Below are positions 10,069-18,429 of a stretch of DNA of 64,000 nt, piece after piece. The position numbers were made by a program, and so were the translations under genes. The stretch covers positions 1 to 64,000 of the forward strand of contig JBPOGF010000014.1 in assembly GCA_051251915.1 (NCBI GenBank), written 5' to 3'. The notes beneath the pieces were generated by a model. That model saw nothing but the letters and a program-made list of their open reading frames with translations. It had not been told where the DNA came from and made no database searches. Each line of letters opens with the position of its first letter. The stretch's first letter is position 1. Source of the DNA: Akkermansiaceae bacterium (lineage in GTDB: Bacteria > Verrucomicrobiota > Verrucomicrobiia > Verrucomicrobiales > Akkermansiaceae).

Positions 10069-10377
10069 ATGAAGAAGCGTAGACCTACATCTAGAATATG
10101 GCTGATTGCATTGTTGTTTGCAGTGGTTGTTCCCTTACTTGGCGCGACGGTTGGTGTGGCTATTACAGTTGAAGCTTTGTCATTAGTGAGTGTCTCCTGG
10201 ATTTTATTTTGTAGTGCGATTCCGATGTTGTTTGCAGGGGGGGTGAATTCTATTGTGATCGGTATTGGATATCGTTTTAATAAAACTAACACGTATCTCA
10301 TAGGAGTTTTCATTTTCATTAGCATCGTCATTTTCACTTTATCTGTTCGCATTGCTGAATTTCTTAGTGTGATCTGA
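10069..10377 (+). CDS. Hypothetical three-helix membrane protein
   Basis: Basic N-terminus followed by three hydrophobic segments. Confidence 0.55.
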   Translation: MKKRRPTSRIWLIALLFAVVVPLLGATVGVAITVEALSLVSVSWILFCSAIPMLFAGGVNSIVIGIGYRFNKTNTYLIGVFIFISIVIFTLSVRIAEFLSVI

Positions 10378-10387
10378 AAATTGAGGA

Positions 10388-10449
10388 GTTACTTTCTGGC
10401 TAGGCAGCTTTTGAAGCCTTGGGCTTTTTTGAGGAGGCGGTGGGAGCGG
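10388..10449 (-). repeat. 62-bp copy of the 3' end of the RsmC-like gene (direct repeat of 18429-18490)
   Basis: 58 of 62 nt identical by eye, including the stop codon. Confidence 0.9.
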
Positions 10450-10556
10450 GTTGCTGTTTTGTCTGATGAGTAGTATGGCGGTGTGGAATTTTATTGGAGG
10501 TAAGTTTTTTGATCGTTTGACCTCTGGGTCTGAGCGTGGCATTCATTGTGTGACTT

Positions 10557-11231
10557 ATGAAGGATGAAACATTGATTGCTGTGAAGGCTATTATTTTTGA
10601 TATGGATGGGGTTTTGGTTGATTCTGAGAAGCATTGGCAGGATGTGGGGAGTGATTTGGTTGGGCGATTGGTTCCTAGGTGGAATGCGAATGATAGAGAG
10701 AGGATTATGGGGTTGGGTTGTGAGCCGCTTTATCAGCTTTTGTGTGATGAATATGAATATGGAGGTAAGTATGGTGATTTTAAGGAGGAGTATCATGAAG
10801 CGATTAGAAGTGTGTATGTGGATCGGTGTGAGCTGTTAGATGGGGTGTTGGATTTATTGATCGGTTTGAAGAAGTCTGGGGTGTTGTTGGCGGTGGCGAC
10901 TTCTTCGTTGAGGGAGTTTTTGGATATCGTTCTGGAGCGGTTTGGGCTTGGTGAAATTTTCGATGTGGCTTTGTCTGTTTCGGAGGTGAATGGTGCTGGT
11001 AAACCAGATCCGGAGATTTACTTGAGGACGGCTGAGAGGTTGGGAGTGGGGGTGGATTGTTGTATGGCGATTGAGGATTCGTGGGCTGGGGTGAGTTCAG
11101 CAACTCGTGCTGGGATGAAGGTGATTGGGCTGAAGAATGGATTTAATGATGGGCAGGATTTGTCGGCTGCTGATGGGTTTTTGGATGGGTTTCGAGGGGT
11201 GAGTGCGAGTGCTGTTGTTGAGAGGTTTTAG
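10557..11231 (+). CDS. HAD-family phosphatase (subfamily IA)
   Basis: FDMDGVLVDSE, ATSS, GKPDPEIY, IEDS motifs. Confidence 0.92.
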   Translation: MKDETLIAVKAIIFDMDGVLVDSEKHWQDVGSDLVGRLVPRWNANDRERIMGLGCEPLYQLLCDEYEYGGKYGDFKEEYHEAIRSVYVDRCELLDGVLDLLIGLKKSGVLLAVATSSLREFLDIVLERFGLGEIFDVALSVSEVNGAGKPDPEIYLRTAERLGVGVDCCMAIEDSWAGVSSATRAGMKVIGLKNGFNDGQDLSAADGFLDGFRGVSASAVVERF

Positions 11232-11243
11232 TGGGGGTAAGTT

Positions 11244-11420
11244 TTTTACCACGAATCTGCACGAATTTTCACGAATGGTGGACGATGGAACGCTTGGTTG
11301 ATGTTTTTTTGACCACGGAAGGTACGGAATAGACGGAACTTGGTTGATGGGTAGGGAAGCTTGGGTTGTGTGGTAAAGTGATCGGTTAGCAGTGATCGGT
11401 GATCGGGCTTGGGTTGATGG
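11244..11420 (+). repeat. Composite ~178-bp direct repeat, copy 1
   Basis: Near-identical to 16126-16304; built from CACGAAT x3, ACGGAA x3 and GTGATCG-type units. Confidence 0.95.
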
Positions 11421-11500
11421 AACGACTAGGGTTGTGCGCTTTGGTTTTGACTTGCTGTCTTGACAATTTACTAGCGTGATAGGTGAAAAGGGTCTAATCT

Positions 11501-11716
11501 ATGATTGTGAAAGTAGAAGATATCGTGGCTGAAGCTGCTAAGCTGCCTGAAGACCAGAGAGCATCAATTGCCTCTAGGATTATTCATGGTCTAGAAAAAC
11601 CTAGGTATTGGGTTTCAGATGAAGAGGTTGCTGATCGTATGGATGAGGCGGAACGCGATCCTAGTGTAATGATCTCTTTTGAAGAATTTGAGGCAGGAGT
11701 AGTGTTTATGACTTAA
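11501..11716 (+). CDS. Addiction-module antitoxin-like protein (TIGR02574-like), orphan
   Basis: EAAKLPEDQRASIASRI...W...EEVADR...ISFEE pattern; no toxin gene follows. Confidence 0.75.
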   Translation: MIVKVEDIVAEAAKLPEDQRASIASRIIHGLEKPRYWVSDEEVADRMDEAERDPSVMISFEEFEAGVVFMT

Positions 11717-11731
11717 GCAAATGGAAGTGTT

Positions 11732-11917
11732 TTGTATGGTGTTTATTATATGAGATTAGTTTTTGTTTTATTCACTTTGTTTCTGATTGGGTGTGAGAAG
11801 AAGGTTGTAGAGAGGCCTGCGAGAGATCAGGAGGAGAATTTTCAAGTTGTGATTTCTGCTGCTAAGACTGCGCGAGAGGAAGGTAAATCAACGGGGGATC
11901 CAGCTCCTGCACCATAG
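11732..11917 (+). pseudogene. Lipoprotein N-terminus, probably truncated at the foreign-DNA junction (~11885)
   Basis: MRLVFVLFTLFLIGC lipobox; base composition switches near the end of the ORF. Confidence 0.4.
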
Positions 11918-12114
11918 CTTAACTTAGTCTTCTAGTGGTCGAACTATGGGGTCCACCTCAGAGAAGGTCATGATGCTCAAAATTGGCTTAATTGGCATAG
12001 ATTTTGCTCCTAGGAAATTCTGAAATAAGCAATCAACCCCCTTATCACCCCATGAAAGCCCCTCCGACCACCTGACCCAAAAAGCAAATTCCTAGCAGTT
12101 ATTGATTCAGCATC

Positions 12115-14838
12115 ATGTATACAAAGAAAAAAACCCTGTTAATAGGCTGGGATTCCGCAGACTGGAAAATTATTAACGACCTCCTCGAAGAAGGAGGGAT
12201 GGAGGGCATTCGTAGTCTGATGGATGGTGGCACCTACGGGAATTTAGCTACCTTGGAACCTCAGCTTTCGCCCATGCTGTGGACCTCCATTGCCACCGGC
12301 AAGATGGCCTATCATCACGGTGTGCAGGGCTTCACCGAGGTCGACCCAGTGAGTGGTCAGATCGTCCCCGTCTCTGCCGCTACCCGCAAATGCAAGACCC
12401 TTTGGGAAATGTTGGGGGAGAAAGACCTTCGCTCCCATGTCGTCTCCTGGTTTGCCACCCAGGGTGAGCAAAAGCTCGATGGCAAAATGGTCTCCAACAT
12501 GTTCGGCCATCTCAAGGGCACTACTCCTGATCAAGACCCTGCCGAATGGCCTGCACCCATGCCCGGCACTTACTGGCCTGAGGACCTCGCGGAGACGATG
12601 AACGAGCTCCGCGTCAGTCCCCACGAGATTGACGAAGAGATACTGCAACCATTTCTCCCCGACGGTCACAAGATCGACCAATCCCGCGACAAGCGCCTCA
12701 ACAGTCTGCGCGAACACCTCGCCGAAGCTTACTCTGTTCACTCTGCGGCCACTCACCTCATGGAGACCGATCCGGAGTGGGACTTCATGGCCGTCTACTA
12801 CCGGGCCATCGACGAGATCTCCCATCACTTCATGCACTACCATCCCCCTCAGATGGAAGGCATCCCCGATGAGGACTTCGAGATATATCAGCACGTCGTT
12901 AAGAGCACGTATCGCGCGCACGACATGATGCTGCAGAGTCTTCTCCAACTCGCCGGGCCGGAGACCACCGTCATCCTCGTTTCCGACCACGGCTTTCACT
13001 CAGACCACTTGCGCCCCAAGTTCACTCCCCGTATCCCTGCAGGCATCACCGTTTGGCATCGCGAGCAGGGCGTTCTTTTGGCAAAAGGCCCGGGTATCAA
13101 ACCCCAACAAGAAATCTACGGAGCCCGCCTCCTCGACATCGCCCCCACGATCCTGCACCACTTCGGACTCCCCAGCGGAGATGACATGGAAGGCCGTATC
13201 CTCAACGAACTTTTCGAACAGCAGCGCCCCGTTCAAAACATCCCCACCTGGGAGGATCCCAATGGCACCTCGCAGCAGCGCGGTTCCCTCAGTGAGCAAG
13301 AAAGTGAAGCCCTCCTTCAGCAATTCGTGGACCTTGGATACATTGATGCAGTTTCCGCCGACCCTACTGAAGCAGCAGCCGAGACAAATCGCGAGAACAA
13401 GTGGAACATGGCCCGCGCCTTTCTCTACACCGGTAAATACGAAGGAGCCCTTCCGCTTCTGGAAGACTGCTTCAATGCCTCCCCGGAGCGCACCGACTAC
13501 TCTCAGACCCTTGCCAAATGCCAACTCTCCCTCGGCCTCACCACCGAGGCGGAGGAAACCCTGGAAATCTGCCTCGAAACCTTTGGTAAGAACATTGCCG
13601 CTCTGATTCTTCAGGGACAAATCGAACTTGAGAAAGGTCATCCCGAATCCTCCCTCAAGCACCTCGAAGCTGCCCTCGCCCAAGCTCCGGAGGAAGTCCC
13701 CGTTCTTGAGCTGATGTGTCGTGGTTACATTGCTCTAGAGCAGGTTGAAAAAGCCAGCGAACTATCCGATACCCTTTTCCGATTAGATCCAAACAACATC
13801 CAGGCCCACTTCACCCGCGCCCGCTGCCAACTCTTCCAAAAAGACTACAATGCTGCCGTGGAAACCGCACTCGCCGCCATTAGCCTGCAGTTTGCCTCCC
13901 CCCGTGCCCACACTATTCTTGGCACCGCCCTTCTTGCACTGAACCAACTCGAGGGGGCCGAACACGCCTTTCTAAACGCCCTTAAACTCGACTCCGGCAA
14001 CGCTGTCGCCACTCAAGCCCTCATCACCGTTTACCAACGACAGGGCAGCAGGGAAAAAGCCCAAATGCTCGAAGACAACGCAGTCCGCATCAAAATCAAA
14101 CAAGCCTACGAACACACAAAAGACCTCAAGTCCCTCCGTCACGGTATCGCCGCCCGCGCCAAAGACCGCCACGCCGAACGTAAGGCTCAGCGGGCAGCAG
14201 CCGCCCAAAAGGCAGTCGAAGAAGCCGCCAGTGAGCCATGCTCCTTCACCATCGTCTCCGGCCTGCCGCGCTCCGGCACCTCGCTCATGATGCAGATGCT
14301 CCGCGCTGCCGGCATGGAACTCATGCACGATGGCAAGCGTCACGCCGATGAAGATAACCTCGAAGGATACTGGGAATGGGAAGAGGTCAAATCACTTAAG
14401 AAAAATCCCCGTCTCATCGAGCAAGCCAATGGCAAGGTCATCAAAGTCATCTCCGCCCTCATCCCTCAACTTCCCCCCCGCCACCACTACCGCATCATCT
14501 TCATGAAGCGCCCGGTCGAGGAAGTCGTCGATTCCCAATGGAAAATGCTCGAGCGACAAGGCAGCGTACCCCGCGCCGATAAGCAACACCTCATCCAGAC
14601 GCAAGAAACCCACAAGAACCAAATCCTTGCCCGACTTCGCCAGCGCCAAGATGTCGACCTTCTCGAAATCGACTACCCTGAGCTCGTCTCCAATCCGAAG
14701 ACGCAAATTCCAAGACTCATCGAGTTTCTCGGGGAAAGTATCTCTGCTCCCGAAAAACTTGTGTCAGCCATCCGTCCCGATCTCCATCGAAATAAAGTGG
14801 AACCCGCCGCGGTCGGTCTGGCCAAACCGGATAACTAA
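12115..14838 (+). CDS. Alkaline-phosphatase-superfamily phosphodiesterase + TPR + PAPS-dependent sulfotransferase fusion
   Basis: GWDSADW, LSPMLWTSIATG, SDHGF (AP/NPP fold); TPR helices; GLPRSGTS (5'-PSB) and FMKR...S (3'-PB). C-rich, foreign codon usage. Confidence 0.85.
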   Translation: MYTKKKTLLIGWDSADWKIINDLLEEGGMEGIRSLMDGGTYGNLATLEPQLSPMLWTSIATGKMAYHHGVQGFTEVDPVSGQIVPVSAATRKCKTLWEMLGEKDLRSHVVSWFATQGEQKLDGKMVSNMFGHLKGTTPDQDPAEWPAPMPGTYWPEDLAETMNELRVSPHEIDEEILQPFLPDGHKIDQSRDKRLNSLREHLAEAYSVHSAATHLMETDPEWDFMAVYYRAIDEISHHFMHYHPPQMEGIPDEDFEIYQHVVKSTYRAHDMMLQSLLQLAGPETTVILVSDHGFHSDHLRPKFTPRIPAGITVWHREQGVLLAKGPGIKPQQEIYGARLLDIAPTILHHFGLPSGDDMEGRILNELFEQQRPVQNIPTWEDPNGTSQQRGSLSEQESEALLQQFVDLGYIDAVSADPTEAAAETNRENKWNMARAFLYTGKYEGALPLLEDCFNASPERTDYSQTLAKCQLSLGLTTEAEETLEICLETFGKNIAALILQGQIELEKGHPESSLKHLEAALAQAPEEVPVLELMCRGYIALEQVEKASELSDTLFRLDPNNIQAHFTRARCQLFQKDYNAAVETALAAISLQFASPRAHTILGTALLALNQLEGAEHAFLNALKLDSGNAVATQALITVYQRQGSREKAQMLEDNAVRIKIKQAYEHTKDLKSLRHGIAARAKDRHAERKAQRAAAAQKAVEEAASEPCSFTIVSGLPRSGTSLMMQMLRAAGMELMHDGKRHADEDNLEGYWEWEEVKSLKKNPRLIEQANGKVIKVISALIPQLPPRHHYRIIFMKRPVEEVVDSQWKMLERQGSVPRADKQHLIQTQETHKNQILARLRQRQDVDLLEIDYPELVSNPKTQIPRLIEFLGESISAPEKLVSAIRPDLHRNKVEPAAVGLAKPDN

Positions 14839-14946
14839 AAGCAACAGACAGGCTCCCCCACCCACTACGCTAAGGGTAAGCCACTAGATTACATTCTCAT
14901 CACCAATTTTCCCTCCTCCGATGCACGGAGGAGGAAGTTAACAAAA

Positions 14947-15525
14947 ATGAAAAACGAAAAAATGAAAAGACAAAAAAATATACTAAGAACCTACCTCACC
15001 ATAACTGCTGGGGCTGGTTGTGCGGGCGGCATTGCTGAAGGAGCGGTGACCTTCTATGGGCCCGGAGCACAAAACATATCAACGGACCCAGCTACCCCCA
15101 CCGGGATCGATATCAGCTTGACTAGCGCAGGCACATCGGTGGACCCCTCCTCAGCAGTTCGAATGAACTACTCTGGTGGATACTTCACGAGTGGAACTGA
15201 CCTCTCTGTAGGATCTTCATTCAATCTGGGCTATTATTTCACCGGTGGCAGCTTTTCCTACGGAGCTGTCGCAGGAGACCAAAACTACGCAAACCTCTCA
15301 TTCGATGGAAACAACACTGTATTTGAAGCAGTCGGCCAGTTCTCCTTCGATGGAATGGGTGGTGGCTACTTGGTCGCCATCGCGACCAACGATGCAGGAG
15401 GCGCCCTCAGCATCTCTGCCGGAAAGGCGATGATTGACGCCGTACCCGAGCCTTCCAGCCTCGCGCTTCTCGCCCTTGGCTCCGCTGGCCTCCTAACCCG
15501 CCGCCAACGTAAAAAAGCAGCCTAA
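14947..15525 (+). CDS. PEP-CTERM sorting-domain surface protein
   Basis: C-terminal VPEPSSLALLALGSAGLLTRRQRKK; N-terminal signal peptide. Confidence 0.92.
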   Translation: MKNEKMKRQKNILRTYLTITAGAGCAGGIAEGAVTFYGPGAQNISTDPATPTGIDISLTSAGTSVDPSSAVRMNYSGGYFTSGTDLSVGSSFNLGYYFTGGSFSYGAVAGDQNYANLSFDGNNTVFEAVGQFSFDGMGGGYLVAIATNDAGGALSISAGKAMIDAVPEPSSLALLALGSAGLLTRRQRKKAA

Positions 15526-15558
15526 TTCTGCAGCAGCCTTCTAAGACGAGGGTATCTT

Positions 15559-15602
15559 TGCGTGCACATGGTCGAAGTTGGACCGTGTGCACGCATTTTT
15601 TT
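15559..15602 (+). terminator. Intrinsic terminator
   Basis: TGCGTGCACATGGTC/GACCGTGTGCACGCA stem followed by a T run. Confidence 0.85.
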
Positions 15603-15662
15603 ATCATGGGCATGAACGAAACGGCTCAAAGATAACCCAGTAATACTCCAATATAGTGCTTT

Positions 15663-16127
15663 CTACCGAACTAACGCCACGCTGTTCAACGGCAACCAGC
15701 ATGTGTCGCCATTGAGCAGGCGCGCGTGAAACCAGTCGCCGCGTTTTTCTAACATGGAAAATTCCGTGCCGGCATGAAGAGGTGAGGTGAAGGCGTTGTC
15801 GTAGATGAATCCATCACCTTGGCGAGCGATGACTTCGCGTTCGACGATCACACCATCAACGGAGTTATCCCATCGCTGATAACTGGCAAGTAGGGAGAGA
15901 CCAAAGGCAATGCTCAAGGTCGCAAACCCAGCGATCGACCAATATACCCATCGCCCACGACTGTAAAAAAGCACAGTCACCAGCCCCCAGAACGCCACAT
16001 GAGCTAAGCCAAAACAAGTGGCTCTGAGAGCAAACGGCCAACGATGCCAGGTGGTCACGGCATTTTTCACTAATTGGCTGTTAGTCTGAGGCAGTTCATC
16101 AACCGTCAGGCTCCTGACGTAATTCTT
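15663..16127 (-). pseudogene. 5'-truncated BatE-like protein (TM + SH3 part; TPR N-terminus missing)
   Basis: SH3-like LHAGTEFSMLEKRGDW...GDTCWLP. The frame stays open upstream of the GTG (NYVRSLTVDELP) and closes at the repeat edge. Confidence 0.7.
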
Positions 16128-16304
16128 TTACCACGAATCTGCACGAATTTTCACGAATGGTGGACGATGGAACGCTTGGTTGATGTTTTTTTTGACCACG
16201 GAAGACGCTGAATTACACTGAACTTGGTTGATGGGTAGGGAAGCTTGGGTTGTGTGGTAAAGTGATCGGTTAGCAGTGATCGGTGATCGGGCTTGGGTTG
16301 ATGG
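16126..16304 (+). repeat. Composite ~178-bp direct repeat, copy 2
   Basis: Matches 11244-11420 except for T-run length and the middle 9-mer units. Confidence 0.95.
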
Positions 16305-16540
16305 TCGGCTATCATTTGAAGAGTGATATGCTAAAATAAATGATCAGAAGTGAAGGTGAGTCGAAATATAAGTATCTACATATTGAAATGACTTGTCTGA
16401 GAGGGGTGGGTTTACTATTAATAACTCACTTGAATTAATTTGCCTATGAAAACGGAGAGATATAACTTTGTAGTAGCAGTCTACACCATGACCAAACAAG
16501 ATGTCTTGTTGACCGGGAATCCCCTTTCGGAACGAGTTAG

Positions 16541-17701
16541 ATGAAAGAGGATTCACAAGTCTGCTTTGTTTTGGTCGCGCATGTCGAAGGCTTGCACTTT
16601 GAGCCTCATAGGCCGGAAGGAATTGAGTTTGCCCCTGGGGGTGATTATGATCTTCGTTTTCTGCTTAAGCCCAGAGATCCTGAAGATGACGGATCTAGGC
16701 GCTGTAAGGGTCTAGAGTGCAAGGTTTACGCGACCTATCCAGCTACGTCGGAGCAAGCCCATTTCGTCGACGCATATAACAATCAGATGATGGTCCGAGT
16801 TGCCGACGGCATCGAGCTTCCCTTGCTGTCGAGAGGTGAGACCTTGATAGCCGCCGACGGAGCCTTTGCAGAGAATTATCACCCACGTAGATACCTGTGC
16901 CCCGAGTACATCTTGGAGCTGATCCGACGGGCAGAAGGAGAATTGAATTTGGAAGCTGACCGCCTCCTAAAGTTGCTGCGCTGGAGGCAAGGAATTGATG
17001 CACCAGGAGAGATGATCACCCATCGGTCACTCTATTGGAGGGTGACTGAAGACAACTACCTCCTTGCTCCGTTAGATGATGGAGAATCAAAAGAGTTTGA
17101 GGTTTCTGCAATGATAGGGATCCATTGGGGGAAGGAATACAACGAAGAACTAGACGCTCTTTGGTCTAAATCCGACCAAATGGAACCTCTGGGGCATGCG
17201 CTATTACGGGAGGCTGTTACTCTTTCTTTAGACTCACCTCGTAGTGCGATTCTGATAATGACCGCAGCCCTGGAAACCGCTACCAAAATGCATATCAGCC
17301 AGATTGCAGCTGATACAGCTTGGCTAATGGAGGAGGTTGCTTCGCCTCCAATATTCAAGATTCTCCGAGACTACATTCCCAAGTTGCACACCGCCAAGGG
17401 GTGCAACATGGACTTTTGGGAGGAGATCAAGCCGTTAATCAAAAAATCTCAGAAGCTTGTGGAGATTCGCAATAAAGTAGCGCACACGGGGCGAATCCCT
17501 GATGACGCTGGTCAGATCCAAGACCACCTTGGAGTTGTCGCGGATCTGTTGTATGTTCTTGATGTGCTCGCTGGTCACGAATGGGCAAAATCGCTTGTGA
17601 GTTACTCTTTGCGGAAATCGTTAAGTTGGCCGCCTCCCAAGGAAGGCAGGATGACGATGAAGATCAAGATCGGTAGGCCAATAGAACATGCACGCCAATA
17701 G
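16541..17701 (+). CDS. HEPN-domain protein (ApeA-like), possible defence RNase
   Basis: C-terminal helical domain with AALE and RxxxxH (RNKVAH); non-host composition. Confidence 0.6.
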   Translation: MKEDSQVCFVLVAHVEGLHFEPHRPEGIEFAPGGDYDLRFLLKPRDPEDDGSRRCKGLECKVYATYPATSEQAHFVDAYNNQMMVRVADGIELPLLSRGETLIAADGAFAENYHPRRYLCPEYILELIRRAEGELNLEADRLLKLLRWRQGIDAPGEMITHRSLYWRVTEDNYLLAPLDDGESKEFEVSAMIGIHWGKEYNEELDALWSKSDQMEPLGHALLREAVTLSLDSPRSAILIMTAALETATKMHISQIAADTAWLMEEVASPPIFKILRDYIPKLHTAKGCNMDFWEEIKPLIKKSQKLVEIRNKVAHTGRIPDDAGQIQDHLGVVADLLYVLDVLAGHEWAKSLVSYSLRKSLSWPPPKEGRMTMKIKIGRPIEHARQ

Positions 17702-18133
17702 AATCAACTGCAGAACCCCAAAGATAGCTTTGATTGCGCGGTCGCGTATAAAGCAAAGCTTAAGTGATGACAGTGAACGTCGAGGTTATCGGTTTTAGTT
17801 CTGTATAGCTTCGCTCGTGATGACACAGGTCCAGGGTAGCTGGCTCTGGATGGTTGTTAGTTATGCGGGTTTGATTTCATGTTTTTCTATAAGAAGGGGT
17901 TGATTGCCGAAATGGGAGGTGTTCGGTAATCAAACTGATGTCTAAGACTGTTGAGTAGGTGAGATGTTTATGTTGTATTTTTTTCGGTGAGAGGTTGAGC
18001 TTATTGTGGCTGTTTCTGCGTATACGTTCTCTGGTGGTGGGCTGGTGCTATTTCTTGAGTTGAATGAATGAGGGGTAGATACGGTGTTTTTATACGGAGA
18101 AGCCGGGTCTTGTGGCGCGGGGGTGGTGAAGCA

Positions 18134-18230
18134 TGTGTCAGGCTTTCAGCCCTCTTGCATTGGTGGTTGTTAGACCCACGGCTGCGCTTTGCTGACCGTG
18201 GGCTGGAGTATGTGTCACCCTTTCAGGGCT
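18134..18230. repeat. REP/REPIN-like palindromic element
   Basis: TGTGTCAGGCTTTCAGCCCT ... CCCACGG-(N)-CCGTGGG ... TGTGTCACCCTTTCAGGGCT. Confidence 0.65.
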
Positions 18231-18353
18231 GGGTTAATGGTGGGATTAGATTGTGATGGATGATCTTGTATGTGCTCAGTATAAGGTTTGGCTTAAGGGA
18301 ATGGAGTTGGAGGTGGGAATAGTTGGAGTATGGTAGTTAGATAGTAGTTTACG

Positions 18354-18415
18354 CATCGCGGTTTGCTCGGCGATCAAACCCTACCATTGTGGTTTGCTGG
18401 GGGATCAAACTCTGC
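18354..18415 (-). repeat. Two tandem 31-bp GTAG-type REP sequences
   Basis: Minus strand GTAG-GGTTTG-ATCGCCGAG-CAAACC plus a degenerate second copy. Confidence 0.7.
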
Positions 18416-18429
18416 TGGAGTGAGCTAGG

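Noticed and set aside
10495..10510. Second match to the RsmC-like gene (TTGGAGGTAAGTTTTT, 19007-19022)
   Set aside because: Short, and similar words recur elsewhere in the window, so it is probably chance.
11244..16304. Repeats as a CRISPR array or IS ends
   Set aside because: Only two full copies 4.9 kb apart, no repeat-spacer periodicity, no cas or transposase gene.
16492..17860. Integron attC-like bits around the HEPN gene (GTTAGAT at the start; GAAC...GTTC at ~17776-17802)
   Set aside because: I could not build a complete RYYYAAC...GTTRRRY hairpin and no integron integrase is in the window; IntegronFinder would settle it.
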